Of a stretch of 64,000 nucleotides of DNA, positions 1-7,652 are shown piece by piece; the first letter of the stretch is position 1, and each line of letters opens with the position of its first letter. Source of the DNA: a virus; IMG/VR virus record IMGVR_UViG_3300031695_000001; one strand, given 5' to 3'. The position numbers were made by a program, and so were the translations under genes. A model generated the notes under the pieces. The model was not told the DNA's origin. It saw only the letters and a program-made list of their open reading frames with translations, and did not search any database.

Positions 1-432
1 ACCTGTGCCGGAGTTAATAAGATATAAATCTCCTCCGCCTGTTGATACACTATTAATACGCAAGCCTTGTAGTGTACCTGACGCATTAACTAATGTAAAG
101 CCGCCAGTTATAGTTGTAGCACTAATTGGATCAGCCCAAGTAATAGTTTCATCAAACACAATCTTTGCATCAGAGTAACTACCCCTGTCTATCTGTATTC
201 CTGATTGATTAAGTGTAATACCTGTACCTGATTCACCATCATTAAGTGTAATAATATTATCTTTTAAGTTCAGATCACTTGAACTAACTTGTGTGGTTCC
301 TCCTAAGACTACTAAGTTTCCTGTGACAGTTGTAATACCAGAGTTTAAGCCAGTGTCTAGTGTAATGTTACCACCAGATTGTACTTTAACTTTATAGTCA
401 CTATTTGGAAGAGCTAAAATTTTAGAAGACAT
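1..432 (-). CDS. Virion structural protein, partial (runs off the window start; not in the ORF track)
   Basis: ATG at 432 preceded by AGGA; open frame MSSKILALPNSDYKVKVQSGGNITLDTG...GNLVVLGGTTQVSSSDLNLKDNIITLN...DRG, a Gly/Thr-rich beta-structure typical of phage fibre/neck proteins. Confidence 0.7.
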   Translation of the reverse strand, partial: MSSKILALPNSDYKVKVQSGGNITLDTGLNSGITTVTGNLVVLGGTTQVSSSDLNLKDNIITLNDGESGTGITLNQSGIQIDRGSYSDAKIVFDETITWADPISATTITGGFTLVNASGTLQGLRINSVSTGGGDLYLINSGTG

Positions 433-454
433 ATATAATTCCTATTGCAGATAT

Positions 455-476
455 ATGGGGGAAGTTACTCCCCCAT
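455..476 (-). terminator. Stem-loop after the 484..888 gene (weak terminator or mRNA-stabilising hairpin)
   Basis: Perfect 8-bp inverted repeat ATGGGGGA-agttac-TCCCCCAT; no U-tract on the minus strand. Confidence 0.45.
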
Positions 477-483
477 TTTACTT

Positions 484-888
484 TTACGATGTTATCGGTG
501 TAACTCTCATAACTGATGTAGTTGAGTCGTTTTCAATAACCCAAGTATGTCGGTTGTTTGAATAGTCTCTAACTGATCTGTTGTAAAGTTTAGCAATTCT
601 AATTGTACCGCCTGCCGCATCTTGTGAGTTGATTGACATTTCATTAGCGCCTAAAGCACCGTCTACTTTGTCAACTAGTGTACAAATGCCTACATTACCT
701 GTACCTGTGCCTCCGACTGAAGTTTTAGTACCGGTTTTTAAATCGTTAACTAAAAACTTGTTTACTGATCGTTGTGCAATAATAAATCCTACTGCTGATT
801 CTCCATTACCAGCTACTTGACAGTTAATAGTAATGTTTGTACCATCGGCTAAAGCGCCAAAGTATCTTTTGTTTAGTGGACGTCCCAT
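484..888 (-). CDS. Hypothetical late (probably virion) protein
   Basis: 134-aa ORF, AGGAG RBS, late promoter upstream, adjacent to the capsid gene. Confidence 0.75.
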   Translation of the reverse strand: MGRPLNKRYFGALADGTNITINCQVAGNGESAVGFIIAQRSVNKFLVNDLKTGTKTSVGGTGTGNVGICTLVDKVDGALGANEMSINSQDAAGGTIRIAKLYNRSVRDYSNNRHTWVIENDSTTSVMRVTPITS

Positions 889-977
889 TTTTTTCTCCTA
901 ATAAGTTACGTTCTAAGTAATACGCAGTGGGTCAGTTCTGCATAAGTCTATATAGTATAGCACGATTTGTGACACAA

Positions 978-986
978 GTATTTATC
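978..986 (-). promoter_or_regulatory. T4-type late promoter
   Basis: gaTAAATAc on the minus strand, just downstream of the capsid terminator. Confidence 0.65.
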
Positions 987-1016
987 ATTAAAAGAAGCTA
1001 ACGGAAATTAAGTCAT

Positions 1017-1046
1017 AAAAAAACAGAGCCCGTAGGCCCTGTTTTT
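1017..1046 (-). terminator. Rho-independent terminator of the major capsid gene
   Basis: CAGGGCC-UACG-GGCUCUG stem with a cUACGg tetraloop followed by U7. Confidence 0.9.
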
Positions 1047-1062
1047 ATTTTTAAAGCAAAGT

Positions 1063-2235
1063 TTAGCTAAAGCTAACGTTTGCAGATGTTATAGCAACAT
1101 TCGCTAAGTAATCAGCGGCATTACCCAATGAAGATGCTGTGTTTGATAACTCAACATATCCATAACGAGTCATAAAGCTCACTACTGGTTCGAATGTAGA
1201 TGGATCCATTACAACACCACTTGACATCAACGGGATGTATGGGCAGTAAAATGCTGGAGCATCTGATTCACTATTACCTTTGTAACCAACAAGCGCCATA
1301 GCGTTATCGGCTGCGTAAGTATCTACATATACACGCATTGCATTGTTCAATGTACCAACAAACTTAGTGTTTGTAGGTGCTTCAAACGTGCCTTCCGTAG
1401 TACGTGCAAAAGCACTTGTAGTAGCAGACTGTAGGATTGTTAGTGCAAAAGGACTAACAACACAATAGTTACCTGCGCCACGACGTGTACGCTGAGCAAT
1501 CAAGTTAGCCGCTCTGTTGATCTGAACTGCCAATGCGGCATGCTCGTCACCAACGAAAGTTGCTGTACCTGAAACGGCTTGTTGGTTGTACGTTTGTACA
1601 GCCGTGCCACTCAATGAACGCAATGAAGCAATAACTTCCTGGTCAATCTCAGCAGTAATCTCTTGTGCAAGAGCTGCCATGATTTCAGCTTCGACATCAA
1701 TGCCGTGCTGTGCTTGTGCATCCTGAGCTGATTCAAAAGTCCAACGAGCACTTAACTTACGTGTTTTCGCTTCAACTGTTTGCTTCAAGATCTGAATGCT
1801 AAGTTTGTTACCAGCAGTACCTTCTGCTAAACTTGTTCCTTTTGCTTTACCAGCATCGGAACCAGCTTCGTCACCTGAATAACCAACAGCAATTTTGAAT
1901 GGGCTTAAAGCCTCTTCGCCACTTGTTGCATCATCAGCTGTATCACTGTAACGTACTCTTAATGTGTGGATTTGTCCCACAGGACCGGTCATCGGTTGTA
2001 CACCAACTAGCTCATTTGCTATTACTGTTGGCATAACACGTCTGATAACTGGTAAAATAACTCTGTTAAGAGTTGCGACATTACCGGCAGTAGTCGAACC
2101 AGCGGCTGATGTTTCAGACAAATACTTGCGAGTATTTTCTAAAGTTGCTGACATTACAGATTTTTTAGTTCCTGAAAGGCCTTCCATCAATGCTGTTTTC
2201 GTCTCTTGCCAGCGACTTTCTAGTAATTCTGACAT
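1063..2235 (-). CDS. gp23: Major capsid protein, T4 gp23-like
   Basis: RRVMPTVIANELVGVQPMTGPVGQI, KQTVEAKTRKLSARW, EITAEIDQE, FYCPYIPL and FMTRYG motifs. Confidence 0.97.
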   Translation of the reverse strand: MSELLESRWQETKTALMEGLSGTKKSVMSATLENTRKYLSETSAAGSTTAGNVATLNRVILPVIRRVMPTVIANELVGVQPMTGPVGQIHTLRVRYSDTADDATSGEEALSPFKIAVGYSGDEAGSDAGKAKGTSLAEGTAGNKLSIQILKQTVEAKTRKLSARWTFESAQDAQAQHGIDVEAEIMAALAQEITAEIDQEVIASLRSLSGTAVQTYNQQAVSGTATFVGDEHAALAVQINRAANLIAQRTRRGAGNYCVVSPFALTILQSATTSAFARTTEGTFEAPTNTKFVGTLNNAMRVYVDTYAADNAMALVGYKGNSESDAPAFYCPYIPLMSSGVVMDPSTFEPVVSFMTRYGYVELSNTASSLGNAADYLANVAITSANVSFS

Positions 2236-2247
2236 AATTATATCTCC

Positions 2248-3360
2248 TTAATTTAATCCAGCTAAACGACGAATATCGATGACATTCTCGTCTTGCTTTT
2301 GTCTACTAACGTTAGTTTCTTGTTTGTTGCCTGTTATTGCTTTGCCTTCTGTTAGGTTCGCCTTCTTCTTCGCTGGACTATTACCCTCAATAACTGTTGG
2401 TAAATACTTGTTAAACGCTGACTTTAATTTCAGTGTTTGAACAGATTCCAGTAAGTCTGTCATTATTTCACGCTGTGCTACACTTAACGGTGCAACCAAT
2501 TCGTTCATAACTTTTGCTCGTTGTACTGACTCATTAATCATTTTAATTTCAACAGTCTTTGCTTCTGCAAGTACTGTAGTCTTATCAACGATAGTCTTCG
2601 CTTCTGATAGTTGACGATTTTTAGTATCGATAACTTTCATTAACTTTGCTGTTTCACTCTTCTCATTCAAGTAGCTTCCTGCATACTCGGATGCGAATGA
2701 TTCAAACAGCTTACGACCGAAGTCATTCTGTCTTGCAATTTCAATATCTTCTTTAAGTGTAGTAATTTCTTTATTCAAGTTCTTACTTACTGTTTCAGAT
2801 ACTAATTTTGCACTCTTTTCAATAAAGTTAGCTTTAACTTTCTTGAAGTGTGTCTTAGCTTCACGTACTAAACGTACTTTCGTTTCAGCTAGGTCTTGTT
2901 TATCCTCGTAAAATTCGTGGATTTCTTTAGCAAGAGCGTCTACAATAAAACTTTCTAACTGTCCAAACTTGTTAGACATAGTTTTTTGTTCTTCGTGTAG
3001 TTCAGATACTTCTTTTCCTAACTGTTGCACTACAAAACCTTTTAATAGGTCTGCGTTTTCACGCATTGCTACACCGTATTTTGCTTTAGCTTCAGCTAGT
3101 TGTTTGCGGTCATCTGCAAACTCAGAAATTTCTGCTTGAAGTCGCTCACTAAGCATCGAATCAATGGACTCAACCATTTGACCCTTGTCATGCTCATATT
3201 TTTTAGCAAATTCTTCACGAAGTTCAGCAGTTACCTGCATCTTGTTCGCTTTAATTTTGCCTTCCCAAGCTTCTTCAATTTGCGCTCTGATATCTTCAGA
3301 AACGACATCGTTTTCAAAGAGTGTTTTCAGTGCATCTATCATACTATTCTCCTGTTTCAT
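2248..3360 (-). CDS. Prohead core/scaffold protein, gp22-like
   Basis: Coiled-coil, Glu/Lys-rich 370 aa; lies between protease and capsid genes as in T4. Confidence 0.8.
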   Translation of the reverse strand: MKQENSMIDALKTLFENDVVSEDIRAQIEEAWEGKIKANKMQVTAELREEFAKKYEHDKGQMVESIDSMLSERLQAEISEFADDRKQLAEAKAKYGVAMRENADLLKGFVVQQLGKEVSELHEEQKTMSNKFGQLESFIVDALAKEIHEFYEDKQDLAETKVRLVREAKTHFKKVKANFIEKSAKLVSETVSKNLNKEITTLKEDIEIARQNDFGRKLFESFASEYAGSYLNEKSETAKLMKVIDTKNRQLSEAKTIVDKTTVLAEAKTVEIKMINESVQRAKVMNELVAPLSVAQREIMTDLLESVQTLKLKSAFNKYLPTVIEGNSPAKKKANLTEGKAITGNKQETNVSRQKQDENVIDIRRLAGLN

Positions 3361-3974
3361 TGGAGTTTGCTAATAATATTTATTAGCGATTCCTTAAGAT
3401 ACTTTTGTGCCTTTGGGTCGTGTCTTGTTGCCTGTGCCAATTCATATGCCTGGTGCCCGCCTCGAGCATTCATTAAGTGTTCGTAAATTGCTGTCGGATA
3501 TGCTCCTGGCGCACTTGGCTGTGCCACAACGTCCACTGTAATAATTTCAAAGTCCGATACATCACCGGAATCTGTAACTTCACCAGAGCCCCTAGATGAA
3601 ACACCTAGTTTAACACCTGCTTCTAACATAGTTTTAACTAAAGTGCCCATCGGGGTTGGTAATATCTTCAATTTACCATAACCGTTATTATCTTCCATCC
3701 ACATTTCTGTGATCATGTGCGATACACGGTCAAGGTTTATATTAAGGCCTTCTGGATGATCAACTTCGCCGAGAACACTATATCCCCCAGTAACTTGATC
3801 GTTAAGAGTTTTGACAGCCCTACCAATTTCATTAACGGGGTACACACGCTGGTTAGCGTTACGTACTCCGCCCTGTATGCAAATACCTTTCATAAAAAGA
3901 TCTTTGCCTTCGTTAGCAGATTCTACGACGATGTTCGCCTGTTGGAATGTCAAGTTCTCACTAAGTAGTTTCAT
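3357..3974 (-). CDS. gp21: Prohead protease, T4 gp21-like
   Basis: NANQRVYP, LGEVDHP, LGVSSRGSG and DVVAQPSAPGAYP motifs. Confidence 0.95.
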   Translation of the reverse strand: MKLLSENLTFQQANIVVESANEGKDLFMKGICIQGGVRNANQRVYPVNEIGRAVKTLNDQVTGGYSVLGEVDHPEGLNINLDRVSHMITEMWMEDNNGYGKLKILPTPMGTLVKTMLEAGVKLGVSSRGSGEVTDSGDVSDFEIITVDVVAQPSAPGAYPTAIYEHLMNARGGHQAYELAQATRHDPKAQKYLKESLINIISKLQ

Positions 3975-3984
3975 TCAAACTTCC

Positions 3985-4929
3985 TTATTTGCCAATGATC
4001 GATTTTTTATCACTAGCTGTTTCGCCTGCGCCTTTTTTCTCAGCACCGTGGCCTTTTGACATAGCTTTCATACCTGTTTTTCCGACTTTAGCACCCGGAA
4101 CGTTTATGTTGCCCATGTTGTCCTCTTTAGGAGTTGGGTCAGCTAAGCCGCCTTTAGTTCCTTCAGAATTGGATTCGCCACCTTGGTTTAAATTACCTGA
4201 TGTGCCGTCGCCCATTTTGTTAGCACTTGCTGTTGGGGATTTAGTGTTTGCACCGTTGTCGCCCATTGTAGCATTTACTTTTTCAACATATTCACGCATG
4301 GTTTCTGCTTCTGATTTATCAGCTTCTTCGACTTCTTCATCAGTTGCTTCGTCTACGTCAAGATCAAAACTCTCTTCTTCAGGAGCTTCTTCTTCGTCAC
4401 CGTCGTCACCTTCGGCATCGTCTTCTTCGCCTTCTTCGTCATCATCGGAATCCATATCGGAACCCATTTCTGCATCAAAAGCCGCTTTTAACTTTTCAAT
4501 TTCGTCTTGCAAGTCTGCAATGTCGTCTGCCATGTCGCCTTCTTCAGCATCATCAGCATCCATATCAGCATCAGCATCAGGCATTTCTAAGTCGCGCATC
4601 ATGTCTGCTGATTGATCCATATCCATTGGATCTGCTTCTACTTCAAATTCATCTAGATCAAAGTTTTCTTCTAACTCTTCATCTGACTCTTCTACTTCTT
4701 CATCTGACTCTTCTACTTCTTCGTCACTAGATTCATCAACTTCTTCATCAGTTGCTTCATCTACTTCTTCGTCGGTTGTTTCGTCAACTTCAAGATCATC
4801 TTCTAAAAGATTCTCATAAATACTTCTGGATTTTTCTACAACTATTTCGTGAAATAGTGCTTCCGCTCCAGCGCGGTCTTCGTTAACTAATTTTTCGAGC
4901 ATTTCCTCGAATTTATTACGTTCGCTCAT
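3985..4929 (-). CDS. Highly acidic prohead core/scaffold-type protein
   Basis: Asp/Glu-rich with repeated DEEV(D/E)E units; located in the head cluster; late promoter upstream. Confidence 0.7.
   Translation of the reverse strand: MSERNKFEEMLEKLVNEDRAGAEALFHEIVVEKSRSIYENLLEDDLEVDETTDEEVDEATDEEVDESSDEEVEESDEEVEESDEELEENFDLDEFEVEADPMDMDQSADMMRDLEMPDADADMDADDAEEGDMADDIADLQDEIEKLKAAFDAEMGSDMDSDDDEEGEEDDAEGDDGDEEEAPEEESFDLDVDEATDEEVEEADKSEAETMREYVEKVNATMGDNGANTKSPTASANKMGDGTSGNLNQGGESNSEGTKGGLADPTPKEDNMGNINVPGAKVGKTGMKAMSKGHGAEKKGAGETASDKKSIIGK
4660..4790 (-). repeat. Degenerate in-frame tandem repeats encoding (T/S)DEEV(D/E)E
   Basis: Repeated 21-24-nt units such as cttcatctgactcttcta. Confidence 0.75.
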
Positions 4930-4980
4930 TTTGTTCTCTCCTAAATGAAATATGTTTTACCTACGGTGAGGCTGTCTAAT

Positions 4981-4988
4981 GTATTTAC
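4981..4988 (-). promoter_or_regulatory. T4-type late promoter
   Basis: gTAAATAc about 50 nt upstream of the 4929 start. Confidence 0.6.
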
Positions 4989-5029
4989 TCATTGTGTTAA
5001 ATATGGGTGTATTATAGGCTCAAAATGGT

Positions 5030-5638
5030 TCATTTTGAAATACACGTAGATATGTTAAACGATTTTGCAAATTCTTCTACAGTAATGTGTGTCAAGTTAC
5101 TAAAATTCTCAAATGGTTCTGGAATAAATGAATCCTTTTCTTCTAACACTCTTATATATCTCTTTTCCGGAGATTTCTGCATTACATTGCACGTTTGACG
5201 TAACCAATTGCCAAAATACGTTGCACCGTCCTCTGATCTTTTATAATTTTGTGTACTCGAGTATATGTTATTAACTCTTTTCTCTTCAGGACCAATACCT
5301 TTATAGTCAAAACCCAAAATATATATAGTTTCATGTGCATGCGATGCGGCTAAATGCATCGCAGTTGGTCCACTACTCCAACCTAAACTAGGTTCAAAGT
5401 AATTAAACCCTGTATACTGTTCAAATGACTTATTGTAATTTGTCCATACCTGGTGTTCATTTTGATATCTTGACATGTTTATTTCATTAACCATTTTAAT
5501 GTCAACTGCAACAAGGTAGTCAGGTTGAAACTCTCTATACACTGCATTGCATGCATATATAGTTCCGTATTTTTTTAAAGGTTCTAAAGGTATAGTAGAT
5601 CGGCTTGTGCCATTACCTAATACAAACGCTACGCTCAA
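5030..5638 (-). CDS. Maf/DUF115 (MptE-like, CstII-like fold) putative glycosyltransferase
   Basis: AFVLGNGTS, IYACNAVY, PDYLVAVD, SSGPTAMHLA and IYILGFDY match the GNGxS...N...D...SG...IYxxGFD pattern; TTG start. Confidence 0.55.
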   Translation of the reverse strand: MSVAFVLGNGTSRSTIPLEPLKKYGTIYACNAVYREFQPDYLVAVDIKMVNEINMSRYQNEHQVWTNYNKSFEQYTGFNYFEPSLGWSSGPTAMHLAASHAHETIYILGFDYKGIGPEEKRVNNIYSSTQNYKRSEDGATYFGNWLRQTCNVMQKSPEKRYIRVLEEKDSFIPEPFENFSNLTHITVEEFAKSFNISTCISK

Positions 5639-5641
5639 TTA

Positions 5642-5887
5642 TCATACTCCGCCCTCTGCATTCGAGGCTAGTCCATACATTTGTCTTACAAACAATAATT
5701 CTTTTGCTTGCTCTTCAGTATGTAGCTCTGCGGCTTTTCTTACACGGTTAATCTGGCGTAGTGTCAATTTAGTTTTACGTGTATCGTCTAAATCTACAGG
5801 AGAGTCATCAAGGTCAGCTTCGTAACGCTTGTCTTCGACTGGGTCAACAGTCTCTTTGTCAAAATAAAATAATTCACGTAGTATCAT
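5642..5887 (-). CDS. Small head-cluster protein
   Basis: 81-aa ORF directly after the portal gene, with its own TATAAATA. Confidence 0.75.
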   Translation of the reverse strand: MILRELFYFDKETVDPVEDKRYEADLDDSPVDLDDTRKTKLTLRQINRVRKAAELHTEEQAKELLFVRQMYGLASNAEGGV

Positions 5888-5892
5888 AATAG

Positions 5893-5900
5893 TATTTATA
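5893..5900 (-). promoter_or_regulatory. T4 late promoter (consensus)
   Basis: Exact TATAAATA overlapping the portal stop, 5 nt before the ATG at 5887. Confidence 0.8.
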
Positions 5901-7635
5901 CAGTTACGCCAGTATTACCTGCGTCCCCTGCATCTCCTCCTGCTGTTGGATCAGCACCTGTATCCATAGCACCTTCAATTGGTGCTCCTTCTTCTGGTGC
6001 TTGGTCTTCCATACTGCCCATGTCGCCTGCTATTCCTGCGCCACTAATACCGGCAGTTCTCATTTCACCTTCGGCATCCGACGGAGCTGGATCTAAGTTC
6101 TCGTCATTTTCTTCTTTCCACATACGTTCATTCTCTGCTACTTCTTCAGCACTAAGTCCTAAGAAGCGTTGAAGCGCAAAACGATTAGAAATATAAGGTA
6201 TAGCACTCATTTGTGTGTATGTTGGTACACGAGCATTATCAATTTCACTTTGTCTATAGCTTGCAAAGTTTTGTGGAGGTTGGAAACGTAAATCAAACAT
6301 TGCAGTGTCTACGTTTACGCCTTTTTCAAGTATATAACGTTTGAACTCTTGATTAAGTTCTTCAACTACTAAGTTTTGTAATCGTTCGCAGTATGTGTTG
6401 AAACGAAGTTCTTGAATGTATGCCGTGCCCACTCTGCCGTCATTATACTGTGCCGCACTATCGTCTGCTCCCGTTGGTAAGTAGCTACTAGGGATTCGTA
6501 AACCACGTACGAGCTTATTAGTAAAATATCTAAGGTCATCAATTTCTCCAAGGTTAGTACCGCCAGGCAATGTTTCAACTTTTGATCCACGTCCTTCAGC
6601 AGTTTGTGGGAAGAAATAATCTTCGTTAATTGATAACGGATTATAACTACTATCAATTACATTAGTGCCGCCGCCAGTTGCACTAGGAATACGTCTCTGA
6701 TGTATTTCTGTTTTTACTCGCTCAACAAATTGCATTGCTAAGTGACTTGGCATATTACCTACGTCAACATAAAATACTCTTCTTTCCGGAGCACGTTGTA
6801 CACGATAGATAATAATTGCATCTTCAAGTAATTCTTTTTGCTTGTATACTTTAAAAACTGTTTCTAACAAACTATTACCAAACGGATAGTTTTGATCTAG
6901 TCCTTCACTTAAACTTAAATGTATAACGTTTTCAGCGTTAACTGATAGTTCTCCATCTTCTGTAGTGTAACGGTTACCAGCACCTTGTGGTGCATTACCT
7001 ACCATGCCGCGCACTTGGCCGCCTTGTGTACCACCACCGCCATTAACATTTCCGCTTGTAACATGCGGAGTAGTTGCAACCATATCTCTAAAGTTTAAGT
7101 TAAAGTTTTTAATAACATATTGCTCAGGTGTTTTGCCTTCGCTTTCGTTAACAATGATACGTGTTACGTTTGCACTGTCTACGTGGAATAATTTTTTAGT
7201 TTCTGGATCTCTTACAAAAAACTGATCTCCATACTTAAACACATTGCGCAATATTCTAAACATACGTGTTTCAAATTTGTTTAACTTACACCATTGCTGT
7301 AAGTACTGCGCTATAATAGTAGTTTCAGTGTTTGTAGATTTCTTTTTAAAGTCTATTGTAAAAGGAGTTCTGTTATTAGTATTTTGTTGCGAACAAAACT
7401 CTGCTAGAATATCAAGTGCCGCATTAACTTCTGAATCCATATCCATAGTGTTATACTGGCCGTAACGTTCAACTCTGTTAGGACTTCCTACATATACATC
7501 CGGTAAGTAAGAACTGTAATTAGTTCTTGCAGGCCCAGGAGTTCCGCCGTTATACTTTCCACCGCCTAACGGTGAATAGCTTCCTCCCATATTGTCGCCT
7601 GTTTGTACAGGTGTAAAATGCTTCTTCCAACTCAT
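5896..7635 (-). CDS. gp20: Portal protein, T4 gp20-like
   Basis: LLEDAIIIYRVQRAPERRVFYVDVGNMP, EDYFFP, GRGSKVETLPGG and DDLRYF motifs. Confidence 0.97.
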   Translation of the reverse strand: MSWKKHFTPVQTGDNMGGSYSPLGGGKYNGGTPGPARTNYSSYLPDVYVGSPNRVERYGQYNTMDMDSEVNAALDILAEFCSQQNTNNRTPFTIDFKKKSTNTETTIIAQYLQQWCKLNKFETRMFRILRNVFKYGDQFFVRDPETKKLFHVDSANVTRIIVNESEGKTPEQYVIKNFNLNFRDMVATTPHVTSGNVNGGGGTQGGQVRGMVGNAPQGAGNRYTTEDGELSVNAENVIHLSLSEGLDQNYPFGNSLLETVFKVYKQKELLEDAIIIYRVQRAPERRVFYVDVGNMPSHLAMQFVERVKTEIHQRRIPSATGGGTNVIDSSYNPLSINEDYFFPQTAEGRGSKVETLPGGTNLGEIDDLRYFTNKLVRGLRIPSSYLPTGADDSAAQYNDGRVGTAYIQELRFNTYCERLQNLVVEELNQEFKRYILEKGVNVDTAMFDLRFQPPQNFASYRQSEIDNARVPTYTQMSAIPYISNRFALQRFLGLSAEEVAENERMWKEENDENLDPAPSDAEGEMRTAGISGAGIAGDMGSMEDQAPEEGAPIEGAMDTGADPTAGGDAGDAGNTGVTV

Positions 7636-7652
7636 GTTGTTTCCTAATTAAT

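Noticed and set aside
3989-4730. 208-aa and 128-aa + strand ORFs
   Set aside because: Antisense shadows of the low-complexity acidic protein gene
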